Numbered from the whole stretch's first letter, positions 49,545 through 63,827 are shown. The stretch is DNA of 63,993 bases, filler included, from Jimgerdemannia flammicorona (GCA_003990765.1; 2 parts of 2 records of this genome joined end to end with filler, not necessarily neighbours in it); one strand, 5' to 3'. Notes: a model not told the origin generated them from the sequence alone. Program-made: numbers and translations.

Positions 49545-50163
49545 ACCCAGGGCCAAACCAGCTATTTATAAATTCTGTCTTTCAAATACATTTAAGTGAA
49601 GAACTGTTATCAAATATAATAGTTCTTATTTCTAGAAGTGAAAGTAACCAAGTTCAGAGGTTTCTGGATAAGACTAGGTAGCTTAAAGAATTACTTAAAT
49701 TCAAGAGATTCTCAAAGTAATTCTGAGAGATAAAGATCTGAGATTTATTTAAAGAAAAAACTAAACTAAAAGAAGTATTACCAAAAACTGAGAGTAGATC
49801 TTAATAGATGTTGAGAAACGATATCTTAGAGCTTAGCTACTGAAAGCTAAGATTTAGTACTTAATACTGAGAAATGACAAAAAAATAATTACTAACTAAA
49901 ACTTAGTGCTAAAAAAGTATTTCTTGATAACTAGAATATGATAGAATATTTAACTATAACTATGTAAATTTGTTTAAAAAAAAAAAAAAAAAAAAAAAAA
50001 ATTAAATAATATATTAATATAAGTAGACTTTTATTTATTTAAAAATATTACAAACTGTTTACTAATTTAGATATCTTGAAACTAATATATCGTTCAGAAG
50101 CTTTAATTCTAAATAATAATAATGAGATCAATATTTTTCAAAAAGTTTATATTGGCCCGAGGG
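49545..50163. repeat. AT-rich DNA-transposon-like relic between SNF4 and DLD1
   Basis: Abrupt AT-rich, CpG-poor island with weak inverted ends (cccagggccaa / ttggcccgaggg). Confidence 0.45.
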
Positions 50164-50324
50164 TTGGCAGGCAGTAGGGATTGGAGAGGAGTGGGACTGG
50201 GCAGGAGTCTGGTTGTGGAGTGCTGAAGTGCGGCTACAGTAGCAACCAGTTACAATCATCTTTTAATGTCCCATACCCTTGCCGACCACGAAGAATCCGA
50301 GATTTCCTATCACCAGCCGTCTCT

Positions 50325-52657
50325 TCACTCCTTATCGGGGATGACCTTGCCGGGATTCATGATGTTGTTGGGATCGATGGCATGCTTGATGATGCGCATC
50401 AACTCGACGGTCGTCTCGCCAAGCTCGAGAGGGAGGTATTTCTTCTTACCGGTTCCTATATGGGTATAATAAAATTGACGAACATCAGATTACAAACAAA
50501 CGTAACTGACCTACCGAGCATGGTTCGAGCTGCAAACCGATCCCTCCCTCTCTTCCTCTCTCTAATCTATAAGAAACCCATTACATCACTCACCGACACC
50601 GTGCTCGCCCGTGCAGCTCCCCTCCATCTTGATGGCCCTCTCGACGAGACGATCATTTATGCGCTTTGCCTCCTCCGCCTCCACAGGGATCTTCGGGTCA
50701 AAGAGAATGAAGAGGTGGAAGTTGCCGTCGCCCACATGGCCCACCAACGGAGCCGGTAGGATCGACGTCTCGAGGTCCTTCCTGGTCTCGGCGATCAGGG
50801 CGGGGAGTGCTGAGACTGGCACGCACACGTCCGTAGTCCAGATCGAAGAGCCGGGCTTGAGGAGGGTGGAGGACCAGAGGGCGACCTGGTATGGGAGGTC
50901 AATTTTCGAATTTGAAATCATCAGTGATCGTCACGAGGAAGATGAGACGGGCAACTGACAGAAATCGACCTTTCTTCCCTCCCACAAGTCCTGCTGATCC
51001 TTCTCGCTCCTCGCGAACTTGAACTTGCCGCCTTTGTGTTGCTTCACGATCGCGCCGACCGTTTTGATCTCATCCTCAATCTGCGCCTTGCTCCCGCTAA
51101 ATTTGAAGAAGAGCGTTGGTTTCTCCACGTAGCCGAGCTTGGGGTTCGCCAGATTGATGGCTTTCATCATCGCATCATCCAGCAGCTCGAGTGCGCGTAC
51201 CTGAACCCCGGCGCGCACCACGGCGGCGGACACGTCAACCGCGTCGCGGATTGTGGGGAAGTCACAGACGGCCACTGGATTAGAAGATGTAGATGCATTT
51301 TTTGTGTAAATAGCTTAAATGTCAGAGGGGTTATCGACCAGTATATCGTAAGGAAAAAGATACTTACCTGACGTTTCCGCTGGAAGCACGGCAAGCTTAA
51401 GCGTGGCTTCCGTGACCATGCCAAGGGTCCCTTCGGAGCCGATGAAAAGTTTGGTGAGGTCGTAGCCCGCCGAAGATTTCCTGTCGTAAAGTGCAGTATC
51501 ACAAATTGGATTAATGGCGTTTCCTACCTTCTGCCGCCGCTTCCGAAACTCACCTCGGCCGCTGCCTCGTCTTTACTACCGTCCCATCGGGCATCACCAC
51601 CGTCAGATTCAGGACCCATTCGCGCATGGTGCCATAACGCACGGCATTGGTACCCGAACAGCCGGTGCCGACCATACCACCGATGCAGGCGCCTTGCAAT
51701 GTGTAAATAGGCAGAAAGGAAGTAAGAATGTATGTGCCATAGAATATCAAACAGTGTACATCGATCCAGATCGCGATTTGAAACCCCACCAGGCCCCGGG
51801 TCCAGAGGAAAGAAGAGGCCGTGCGGTTTCAGGTATTGATTCAAGTCCTCCCACTGCACGCCGGGCTGCACGACAACGTCCATGTCCTCGCCGTGCAGCG
51901 CTACGATGTGATCCATGTGATAGGAAAAGTCAACACTGATCCCGCCGTGGGGGGCCGTGTAGTGTCCTTCGAGAGAAGTGCCGCCGGAGAAAGGGATGAC
52001 GGGAATCCTGGATAAATGAAGAAATCGAATGGTTTGAAAAGTACGCATGCAGGAATGTAATTTAATGCCGGTAGCAAACATTGAAAATATGAAAATAATC
52101 AATTAAGCGCCTCATTCCTTAGTTATACTCTCGTAACTTTGCCATTTTCTAAATGCCTTCATTGCTTGGATAACTGCTACTCACTTGTACTCGTTTGCGA
52201 TCTTCATAATCTGCACAACCTCGTCCGTATTCTGCGGATAAACAACAACATGTGGCAGCCCTTCGTTGTGATAGCTCGAATTAGAGTACCCATGCCGCCT
52301 GAGCTCCTCCTCGTCAATGGTGACATGCTCAGAAGGCATGACCTGACGCAGGCAATCAAGGGCCTTGCTAAGGTTCTCGCGAGTACCATACTTTATGGGG
52401 ATAGATGCTTTACTTGACCCCACATTGCCGGTTTCTTTAACGGTAATGTTTAAATACGGCGTCGCGATGTATAAACCGACAGCACCCACAACGGTGCCAA
52501 GTAAGACGGCGGTAGCTGATGAGAAACCTAAGGAACCTGAGGACGGAGGGGGCGCTGGGGAGATGGAGGCATAGCGGGGTTGGAAGGTGGTGGTGATGGG
52601 CCTACGACCGGCCAAAGCGGTGTGTTTCTTAACGGATGCAAGGGTAGAACGGAGCAT
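50325..52657 (-). CDS. DLD1: Mitochondrial D-lactate dehydrogenase (cytochrome), FAD-linked oxidase, multi-exon
   Basis: Presequence-like N-terminus plus TM segment. Motifs [64 protein letters not shown] and MNPGK. Confidence 0.94.
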
Positions 52658-52834
52658 GGTTGCTATCCTGTCGTTGACGTGACTCACGCCACCGTGCTAT
52701 CGCTTGTCCCATTGGACGCAAGTGGTTGAGGAATACGTGGCTTAGAATTGGATAACGTCATACTCCGTCTTTTTTTATTTTTTATCTTTTTGGTTTGGGT
52801 TAGGGAAGGGTCTTCATTGAGCACGACAACCACC

Positions 52835-55800
52835 ATGGAAGTACATCGGTGTCGTTTTGTAAAGTATCAGCCAGCCTCAATTAACGCCCTTTCCTACACA
52901 CCGCGCACCGCGAAGCCTACCCTTCTGGCCTGTGGTCGTGCCAACGGCAACATTGAGATTTGGAACCCTCAATGGGAATGGAATTTGGATAAGGTTGGTC
53001 CCCCGCTATTTGCCGATAGCAGTACTCATACGGGTGGGCTTTTCAGTCCCTCTTCTTGCTCACTCTGCGTCTCGCCCATTCACCGTGGCTCTAGACCATA
53101 CCTGGCGGTGCGAACATGTCCGTCGAGGCGCTGGTGTTCACGCACCAGACAATCCTGACTGACGAAGACGACTACGACACAGAGGAGGAAAAGGTCGAGG
53201 CACGCAAAAACCTTCTCGCCGCACCGCCGCGGCTTTTCTCTGCGGGATTGAACGCTTACATTATGGAGTGGAACCTCCACACGCTGCAGGCACAGGTGTG
53301 TTATTCGCCGTTTCCGTGGTATTTGAATTCGCCATCGCCTATCAACTCAATCGATTACAATTGCAGCGATCTGTTGACTCTCACGGCGGCGCTATCTGGT
53401 GCATGGCCGCAAACCACGTGAACACGGTCCTCGCCATTGGATGTGAGGATGGATGCGTGCGATTGTTTGATATCGCCGATGGAGAGTTATCGTTCATTCG
53501 CAGTTTTGATAAGCAGAAGGGTGAGCGGCAGCAAAGTTTATTTTATTTTTATCTTTATTTTTATTTTATTTATTTTTTTTTGCGATTTTGAGATCGCAGT
53601 ATGATTCCAGCAGATGACTTCTTTGTGCACATGGTTAATCGGCTTGAACCGGCCCCGCTCACCAAGTTAGCTTGTTTACACTACCATAAGGTCGAATTCT
53701 TTCCGTAGCGTGGTCGCCGGACGACAAATACATCGTTACCGGCTCCTCGGACAGCAGCATACGTAAATGGGATGTAACGCAAGGCCGCTCGATTGCGCGG
53801 ATGACTGTGGAAAAGCTGCGGAGAGAGGATACGTTGGTGTGGGCTGTATCTGTTCTTGCGTAAGTATGCAGCTTTGGTGTTTGTTGGGAGGTTATTTCCA
53901 TGTCCACGGTGCCGGCAGGTGGAAGTTGATTGAGAAAGAATCATTCACCGGGCTGCTCTTTTGACATGAAGCTCAATTGTTCTATGGCCGTTTCTGTACG
54001 TGTCATCCATCATATTCAAACAGTAGTGGCACGATTGTAAGTGGTGATTCATTGGGCCACGTTAAATTCTGGGATGGGAAGCTGGGCACCATGTTGCAGA
54101 CCTTTCCTGCACATGGGGCTGACGTCTTGTGTCTGGTGGCAAGTCGGGTAGGCAATTCTTTCCCTGAATAGACGTGAATGGTCGTGTCGACGGTCCTTGA
54201 ATATTCCTCATTGTCGATCGCCACGTATTCACCTACCCTTATTAAATCAGGACGGCCGCACAGTATTCACCTCCGGCGTCGACCGCAAACTTAATCAATT
54301 CCACCTTGTCGAAACATCGATATCCTCCAAAAAACGGAAAGCACCATCCAATAACAGTTCCGCGAGCGTGCCGGCCCCGACGAGCACCACCAAGTGGATC
54401 TTGGCGCACAACCGGCGATTCCATTCGCACGATGTGCGTGCCCTGGCGCTGGAGGAGGACCGGCCCGTCAACGCGCTGGTTTCTGGCGGGATCGATGTGT
54501 CACTTGTTGTCTGCCCGGCTCAGGAGTTCCCAGATACAACTCAGCGGAGGCTGTCGTGTCTCCCGCAGAAGCCCGTGGTGTCCGTATCGAAGACGAAGCG
54601 GTTGATGCTGTGTCGGTTCACAAATGTGGTGAAAGTGTGGCGCTTAGGCAAAGGTAGGTTGCGTGTTTTGCTTGTCGCTGAAAAATTTGTAATCAGCTGT
54701 TTGACATTGACGCAGTGGCGTTCCTCCCATTACTGCCAACTCATCTCGAGTAATATTGACCTTTTGCGCTTTCCAGCCTCGGCCCCAACACAACCCTATC
54801 TTGACATGGATATTGGTGCGCACCTCGATCTGGTTGAGCCACAGCAGGCTGTACTGGAGATGACCATGAAGGATGATAGAAACATTACGGCCAGCGCGTT
54901 GTCAGAAAATGGGATGTGGATTGCAGTGGCAGAGGTGGAGGAGACGAAGTTGTTCAAGGTCGAGGACGACGTACGTATCGGTTATTTTTCAATCATATAG
55001 TTTTATCATTTTTGCTCCATTTAATCGCCACAATATTTTTCGATCTGATATAGATGCTAAATTTCATTACCCAATGTCATGTTCCAGCCCAATTATCCTG
55101 GCCGCTTGATTGTTCGTAAGCAGAAACAGTTTGCCAGCTCAATCGTCACACCTTCGACTCGGGGCTTTGGCGCGCACTACCTCCTGTTCACGCCGGATTC
55201 GAGCAAACTGGTGATCGCGATGACGAACTCGCAGGTTCTCGTGGTAGATTTATCGGGATGGCAAGAGCAACGATACGAGATCTTGCGGCGGTTCGGACAA
55301 CATCGCGGGATGGGCGAGAATGATGAGAGGAATGATGACGGCGACGAACAGGTGTCGACGATCGTGTCAATGACGATCAGTGCTGATGGGCAATGGTTAT
55401 CGACTGGGGATCTGTTGAACAGGATCCATGTGTTTAATCTGGACGCCCTGCAGGTTCGTATCTACCTTGGCTTATATGTCAGCGATATCGTCTATGACAG
55501 GCATTGTAAAGATGAGGTGCCGTCCGTTCCACTTACGACAGCGTACTTTTCCTTCTTTCATAGTACCATACAACTCTACCGAACTTCGCCCCCACCCATA
55601 CGACTCTCACTTTCCACTCCTACCATCCGTCTACTCTGATTGTCTCCCTGGCATCCAACGAATTCTATCTCTATGACGTGGAGCTTTGCCGTCTCACCGA
55701 TTGGTCCCGAAAATACTCAGAAAAGCTTCCGATCAAATTCCTTCAGTTCAAGGATAAAATTATGGGATTCGGGTTTAATCCGGCGCGGCCAAACACAATA

Positions 55801-56178
55801 GTGGCGTGGGGAGTGAGCTATCTCTGTTTGATTGATCTGGCCAAAGGTGTGGGCGACCGCGACGCCGTGTTGAATGTCGCCAAGCGAAAGCGTGTGGAAG
55901 AGGACAAGGCTGAAGTACATAAGAAAGTGGAACGACGAAGACGATACGAGAAGCTCGGAATCACGACGCCGATGCCGGAACCGCCTAGGTCTGCGGTGGG
56001 AGAAGAAGGCGAGGGTGTAGAGGACGACGGTGTGAATTTCCAAGTCCTGCATAAGTTCCAGCCTCTCATGTTTTTGGATTTTGTGGGACCAGATTCGATG
56101 GTTGTAGTGGAGCGGCCAATGTTTGGGATTTTGGAGAAGCTACCCCCGAGCTTCTACAAGGCCAAGTACGGAACGTAA
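52835..56178 (+). CDS. UTP4: U3 snoRNP/SSU processome WD40 protein Utp4 (cirhin), multi-exon
   Basis: N-terminus MEVHRCRFVKYQPASINAL. Motifs IVSGDSLGHVKFWD and HSHDVRAL. C-terminus VVVERP...LPPSFYKAKYGT*. Confidence 0.94.
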
Positions 56179-56459
56179 AATGCAGACGGAAACGAGGTTG
56201 TAATGTGGAAGAAAGAGTGAGAAGCGTGGTGGTGAATGAGTCGTTTATCGTACTAGCGGCAGTGGAACTATCACGGATGATGAGGCTCATAATTCGATTT
56301 GTTATAGAGAAGCTAGACATATTGTATGCTGCACAAAAAAATTAAGCCGATTATTTAATGATGCTCAGATTGTGAATAAATTGGGTCGATTTTTCTCCCA
56401 TTCCCGTTCTTTATGTCAAAGGTCAACTCGGTCATCACAGAACAAGTTGATAGACCCAG

Positions 56460-57568
56460 TGACCATTTGAATAATATTTATATCCTATAATTAATATTAT
56501 TCAATATATTCAGAATTAAAATTCTGGTCTTATAATTATCTTATTTTATGAAGACAATTATTAGAAGAAAAAATATATATACTCTCTTATCTTTAAAATT
56601 TATTATTTTTTTTTACTCTTTTTATCTTTATTATCAGATATTCTTTGATATCAGTTTCTTTAATAATAGTAACAATAGTCTAGTAATATAATAGTCTTTA
56701 AAAAAAAAATTTAAACAAATTGAGTTATATATATTTTTAACAGAAAAACAATATTTCAGAAAATCATTTTTTAAAAAATAATCTTACCTATAAATAAAGA
56801 GATAGATTTAAGTTGTCTCAAAGGATTTCTGAGAGAAATATTCTGAATTTTATTTAAGTAAAAAAAGAGGATATTTATATAAGATCTGAAAAAAAGATCT
56901 GAAAGAATCTTTGAAATAAAAGAAAAAGTCAAAAAAGTAATTTTTGACAAAGATGATAAATAAGATTCTATAATATTTTAAGAGATTTTATAATTACTAT
57001 AATGATATCTTAGAAACTGATAATATTAAAAGTCAGAAGACTGCTTAGACTTTATAAGCCTCTAGTTACAAATCATGACTCAATTATAACTCATTTTAAC
57101 TAGAAGATAATCTATATATAAACTTGTTATAACTCATAATGATCTCAGCAATATACTACTTCAAATTAGGTAATCCTATCTCTGGACCAAAGAAGGAGAC
57201 TCTTAGGATATAAAAGAAGTATCAAAAAGGAGTATAAGGTATTATCTATAAATAAGAAACTTATTACAAAATAAAATATCTGCTACTTATCAAACAGCAA
57301 GGTCAAGAAACTACTCAGGTTTATCAGTCTAATATCAGATATTATCTGATATCAAAAGGGCTATAAGGATATATATAAGAAGAACTCTAAGCTTGAACCT
57401 TTTTATAAAGAATCTATACTACTATATTCTCAACTATCATGAAATAGAAACAAGAATCTCTACTACTACTAAGTGCCTCTAGATGTAGTAAGAATATAAG
57501 TTGATATATCATCTCTGCTAAGATCTCTCACAGACCAGCTCAAGAAATTACAGATACTATATACATAG
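56460..57568. repeat. AT-rich transposon relic into which the gypsy element inserted
   Basis: CpG-free, TpA-rich sequence abutting the LTR. Confidence 0.55.
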
Positions 57569-58045
57569 TGTAACGTAGCAGACACTTACTCTTGAAAGTA
57601 CGTTGGATTTCTGTATCTTGAAAACTTGACTATTCTGACTCTTGCAGAGTCTCTTGAAGTGGCAGGGGAGGGTGGGTGAGTTCGAAGTGTATCTGCCCAC
57701 AGGCTTACTAGTTCCTTTGCTATCTCTTTGCTTTTGAACTATTTCGATCTGAGGTTTATTCACTCGAAGATACTGGGTTATTTATACAAGTTTGCTAGCT
57801 ATGAGAGGGTGGCTAAGTAATAAATGAGTCATTTGGACTTTGTCGAAACATTTGGACAATGTCTAAATGCTATACTAAATTGGGATATTCAATTTGAATA
57901 ATGTCTAAAATTTAGACAATGTCTAAGAAATTAGACAATGTCGAAATCGAGGACTGCTAACTATAATGCTATACTACTTTGGGAATGGGTGCGATCAAGT
58001 ATCTATTCCCTATTTCCTTCTTCCTAATTCGGCTATACTGTCACA
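57569..58045 (-). repeat. 3' LTR (477 bp)
   Basis: TGTAAC...GTCACA ends. Adjacent minus-strand PPT AGGAGGAAGT at 58046-58055. Matches 63828-63993. Confidence 0.85.
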
Positions 58046-58109
58046 ACTTCCTCCTGAATGGATGGTCTCGTCCCTGAGGCATCTATTCAAACTCCCAGGC
58101 TTCAACGGT

Positions 58110-58544
58110 CTATATGGTCTTGTACTGTGTGATTTGCTGCATGACTGTTTCCCAATGATGTCTTCTCACTTTCTCAAAGTCAGTGGGAGTTACTCCTCTC
58201 AGGTGGTCTATTGCTACTTCATCTTCTCGGAATAACTTGTGGATCCTTTTGGCAATAGTGATCTGTGAGTGGGAGAGTTGACACTCGGCAATCCAGTCCT
58301 CCTTGGTCTTTGCTGGATCCTGATTGAGCACCTGTCCAAGCTTGAAGTACTCTTGGAATTCTGCCCAATATTGATAGGCTCTAAAGTGCGAGATCCGAGA
58401 GAGATGAGTCTGCACAATACTCTGAATATCCTCATAGTATGGCTCTATGGTCGGAGGCTTGGTGGTGTGCCATTGTCTTTCAATGGCTCTTTGGGCAGCA
58501 CTAGTGATCTTGAGTGCCATCACAGTACTTTTGTTACTGGCCAT
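58110..58544 (-). CDS. Extra 144-aa ORF of unknown function between integrase and PPT
   Basis: ATG-initiated, uninterrupted and in the same sense as pol, with globular helical composition. Confidence 0.6.
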   Translation of the reverse strand: MASNKSTVMALKITSAAQRAIERQWHTTKPPTIEPYYEDIQSIVQTHLSRISHFRAYQYWAEFQEYFKLGQVLNQDPAKTKEDWIAECQLSHSQITIAKRIHKLFREDEVAIDHLRGVTPTDFEKVRRHHWETVMQQITQYKTI

Positions 58545-60209
58545 GATATTTCTTGAGTCAGTTTTGATGAATGGTGGTGGGGATTATTGTGCCTGAGGGT
58601 TTTTATAGCCAAAAGGTGGTCCCTTTTATATCTTGCACAAGGTAAGGTCCTTCCCACTTGGACTCCAGTTTTCGTAACCATGAAGCTTCAACCATATTCC
58701 GATACACTAGGACTTTGTCTCCTATCTTGATGATCTCCAAGGGTTTGTGGGTTTTTTCTACATTCCTCCATTGTAGTGTCTGCACCTTCATTATGTAATC
58801 CTCAGTCTTCTTTCTGATTTGGTGTAGTCTCCATATTTCCCTGTCCACATGTTTCCATACAGTATCTCTATTGGATGATAAGGTTCTCTGAGAACATTCT
58901 TCTCCAAACAGCATTTCTCAAGGGGTAAAGTGGGTACTTTGTGATCGGATGTCCCGGAGAGCAGATAATGCTATTGGTAGATAGTGATCCCAGTTCTCGT
59001 AGCTATTGCAGATCTTTGCAATAACATTCTTGAGGGTTTTGTTGGTCCTTTCTACTTGTCCATTTCCTTGAGAGTAATATGCTATGGTCCGAATATGCTG
59101 AATCTTGTACTTCTTATATGTAGAGAACTTCGAAGAACTGATTCACAAATTCTGTTCCTCTGTCTGTAGTTACTTGTGTTGGGGTCTTGAACCAGCAGAT
59201 GATTTCCTTGTGGAAGAAATCGGCAATTGACTGTACATTAGCTTCCATAAGGGGTCCCACTTCTATCCACTTTGTAAAAAGGTCTACAATGACGATGATG
59301 TATCAGTTGCCAGTCAAAGTCAAGGGTAGGGGGCTGATTACATCCATTGCAATGTGGGCAAATGGTACTGGTTCTATGTATACTGATCCTGGGGCTTGAT
59401 TTTGTTGGTCTTGTTTCCGTTTCTGGCATTTGTCACAGGTCTTGACAAATTGTCGGATATCTTCCTCCATCCCTGGCCACCATATTGTTCTCCTTGCCTT
59501 GTTGTATGTATTTGTTCCTCCTAGATGGCCAAGTTCATGTACTGATTTCATTGCTTGCTCCTTCTTGTGTTCTGGTATGACTAGTAGTTTTCCTTTCTTC
59601 AGTGTTTCTCCATCAGTTTCGAATTGTTTCCATGTTCTGTTGATAATCATTTGTGTCCATTCTTCCAGATGTTGGGGCATCTTTTGCTGTCCCAGGTATG
59701 TGATAATTCTGTAGTAGAGCTCCTTATTCATAATTGATTTGTTGGTTGGAGGTAGTTCGAGGTGTCTGTGAGAGAGTATCTGTATTGGAATTTGTTCTTC
59801 CAGAGTGGTGCACGATGGTTACATCATAGGCTTGTAACTTCATTATCCATCTGACATAGATTCCCTTGGGTTGTCCGGTTGTCAGTAGCCAGGTGAGAGC
59901 TGAGTGGTCCGTCTGGATGGTGAAGTGTCTTCCAGCCAGATAGTAGTGGAACTTTTCCACAGCCCAGATGACTGCAAGGCATTCCAACTTGTAGGACTCG
60001 TATTCTTTTTCAGCTCCTCGGGTTCCGTGGCTAAGATATGCAATGACATACTCTTTTTTGTCTTCTTTTTGAGCTAGAACTGCTCCTAGTCCTTGTGCGC
60101 TTGCATCCATCTGAAGGATAAATTCTTGGGTCCAATTGGGTCATCTGAGGATGGGTGCCTGCATTAGTCTGATCTTGAGTTCGTCAAATGCTTTTTGTTG
60201 TATACCAGT

Positions 60210-62330
60210 CTACTGGAACTTGGTATCCTTCTTGTTGAGTTCATAGATTGGGCCTGCGATATTGGAGAATTCTCTAATGAATCTGCGATAGTAGGAGGCC
60301 AGTCCCATGAAAGCTTGGGCTTCTGTGACAGTAGTGGGCCTTGGGTATGCTGCTACCGCTTGTATTTTGAGGGGGTCCGTGTATGTTCCATCTCGATTGA
60401 TGATATGGCCAAGATAGGAGATCTCAATTTCCGCAAACTTGTACTTCTTGGGTTTGATATAAAGGCCATGTTGTCTTAGTCTCTCCATTATCTGCTGTAT
60501 GTACTGCAGATGTTCCTCAGCTGTCTTGCTGTAGATAATTACATCATCAACATAGACCATCATCCATCTTCCCATATCATAGTGGAAGATTTTGTTCATC
60601 ATTTGCTGAAAGCTTGCTGGTGCATTGTACATTCCGAATGGCATTCGTAGGTAGATGTAGGTTCTGTCTGGAGTGATGAAGGCTGACTTTTCACTTGCCA
60701 CTTCTGTGAGTCTAATTTGGTGGAATCCTGAGTATAAGTCCAAGGTGCTGTAGTACTGTGCTTCGTCTCCTAGTGTTATGGATATCACTGATAAGTGGCA
60801 GTGGTTGGCAATCCTTCTTGGTGACTGCATTGAGCTTTCTGTAGTCGACACAGAGTCTTGGGGCAAATTCTCCAGGTTTGTTCCTTTTTTCAGGGCTAGT
60901 ACAACTGGTGAAGACCAGGGGCTGCTGGCTTCTTTGATGATGCCGGCTTCTTCCATCTGCTTTATTTCTTCTCTGAGCCATTCTCGGTAGGCTGGCGGGA
61001 CAGGTCTTGCCTTCTGGTAAATTGGTTCAGTGTCTCCAGTATCTACCTCATGATAGTAGTGTGGGGTCTTTCCCTTGATATCCTTGAAATCTGTGGCAAG
61101 GACATCCTCGAATTTGTGGAGTATTTTCTTGAGTTCCTTCTTGAGTGGGAATTCATCTCCAATGGTATAACTGTGCTTGCTTGTGTTTTCCTCCTTCTTA
61201 TGCTCGAGTTCAGTGATCTTGGTGCTGGCAAATACTCCTCTTCCTATGGATCTGAATCCTTTCTTTCCTCTTTTTGTTTCCTCCAGATTCTTGACTTCTA
61301 TGATCCTTGGCTGTATGATTGGGAAGATCAACATCTGTGCCAATTGGTCCTTCTTCTTGACTGGAAATGGAATTGTAGGATTGTGGTTTCTAGCAATGAG
61401 TAGAATTTCCCCAGTATAGTCTGAATCAATGACTCCTCCTTCGATTGTGATTTCACTTCTAGTCAGGCTGCTTCTTATCTTGAGAATCCCGACATGATCC
61501 TTTGGGATGATCATCTCTAGTCCAGTTGCGAGTAGGGTGGTTGTCTGGGGTTCGAGTACAGTTTCTTCTACTGTAGCGATGTCCATTCTAGCTGCGTTTT
61601 CTGACTTATATTCTGGCAAGACTGCATCAGGGTGGATCTTTCGAATCTTGACCTTGATTTCTTCTTCATCATCGCTATCTTCCAGGAGAGCTGGTGGTTC
61701 ATCATCTTCCTCCTTCTCTTCTTCTCTGATCTGTTTTTTGAGAGCTTTCTGGCTTCTTTCCTGGTAGATCTTCCTGGTTCCAATGGTGTACTGGTAGCAA
61801 TCATTGATATGCTCCATACAGTACATCTTGATTCCATGAGGACAGACTCCTTGTGGGGCATAACCTTCTGCGATCTTCTTGCACCATTCTTCTTCACTCA
61901 TCCATCCAACTTTCTTCTTCTTAGGGGTAGTCACCATATAAGCTTCCTCTTGCTCACTCTCTTCTTCCTCCATATCGGGCAGGACTCCTTTTTTGACGTT
62001 GATGGGAATTCGTATCTTCTGTCCCTGATAGGTGATCTGCATCTTCTGAGCATTGAGATCGATTACTGCCTTGGCTTTGTGAAGCCATTGATTGCTGATG
62101 AGGATGTCATAGTTGGTGGCATTGGTTACAATTACATCTACTGGGATTTTTGCTCCTCCGATCTTGATGGAAATATCTCGGATCTTTTCCAGAGGTGTGG
62201 CTCTTGTGCTATTGGCTGTGACGAATACTAGCTTGGTTGCTTCTTCCACATCCCAACCTAGGCGGTCTGCTGCCTTCTTACTGAGGAGACATCCTCCCGC
62301 TCCTGTGTCAATGATGGCTTCAAAGACTCG
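60210..62330 (-). pseudogene. Gypsy pol: aspartic protease, dUTPase, reverse transcriptase
   Basis: dUTPase motifs AARMDI, RSSL, GGVIDSDYTGEI, AQML and RGKKGFRS lie at ~61245-61655. A compensated frameshift in RT at ~60780-60880 (RLCVDYRKLN sits in the other frame). Confidence 0.9.
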
Positions 62331-63827
62331 ATCCTCAATTTGGCATGTTGCATAAGCAGAGGTTTTGCAATTGTCCTCACTTTCTTCTCCTGAGTCCTCT
62401 TGAACATTATTGGCCTTGGTTATCTTCCATCCTTATTTCTTGGTTGTTTCAGCAAGTCCAAACCTCATTTGCTATCTGAATGTTGGGATTTCTGCAAGCT
62501 GACCAAAGGTTGCATTGACCTTTTGTTGACTGAGATCCTTGAAGATATCATACTTGAAGGTCTTGGTCTTGTGAAGCTTCTTTTCTTTTTCTCCTTCACT
62601 GGCTGGAGTGGTTCCTCGGATGATATCTTGAACTACTTGCTCCAGCTCGATATCCTGGTCCATCTCTTCAGCTTGACTTTCTGTGGCAGTTTCTATCTGC
62701 TTTTCTACTGGGTTCTTCTTGGGTCTTCCTGGCAGTCTCTTGTAGGGTTCTTTGTGAATATCTTTCTTGGTGGTCTGAGCAGGATAGGCCTCCCATTCTT
62801 CTTCATCAGAATCTCCAATCTCCTCGAAGGTAATTATATTGGCCTGCTCCTTGTTTCATATGGCATTGCTTGGTTGAGCCTTGCGCTTAGTTTCGCTCAT
62901 GCATTCATAGGAGTAGTGGCCTTCTTCTCCACAAGTATAGCAGGTGCCTTTCTTCTTGTCTGAGGTGGTGGCGAACTTCTAGACAGAGCAGTGGTCTCTT
63001 CCTCGAATCTCCTTTACCACATCTTCCAGGTGGGTGGTCATTTCAGTAAACCTTTTGGCAAGTTCCTCCATAGGGTCACTGTTCTTTTGCTGCTCTGTAG
63101 CCTTTGGCTGAGGTGTGTTTTGATTGATCATTGTGGTGGGGATCACACTGGTTATCTTGGGTGCCTTGATTCTGACTCCTGTAACTCTCTCCATTGTATG
63201 GTCTTGTGGGTGTCTGGCTATCCAGTATCGCTGAGCATAAGTGACCCTTTGTGGCAGATCCAGAATCACTGGTGATGAGCGGATAGCTATGGCTATTTCT
63301 GAATGGACTCCTTTCATGAAGGTTGCTTCAGCTACTTGATCTCGGGTAGCAGCAGCATAATCTGCAAGGATTATCTAATATCGAATTCTGGTATAGAATG
63401 TGTTTGGGTCCTCGCTCATTCCTTGGCATGTTGTGTTGAGCTGATCCTTCAGGGCTTGCTTGATCTTATCTGTGTAATATGTGTTTCGGAGCCAGGTCTT
63501 CTGTGCTATCAGTATAGCATCGGTATCATTTCCTGCATGGGTTGCGGCTGTGAATGCTGCTCTGACAGGGCCTCGTAGGCTGAAAGGCATGAGGGCTACT
63601 TGCTGTGCTGCTGTCAGAGTCCTTACGGCAGCATACTACTTGAAATCGTCAATGAAGGTGATGATTGATTCATCTGAGGTATATCCATGGAATACTAGTG
63701 GTCTCATATCCATCTTGTCTGGGTATTGGGGCTCAGTTTGTATGGTTGTTTGGGTGGTGGCGGTTGTTCATTGTTCAGCTTGAAAGTGAGGGATTTATCT
63801 TGAATTACCAGCCAATGGGCACTAAGT

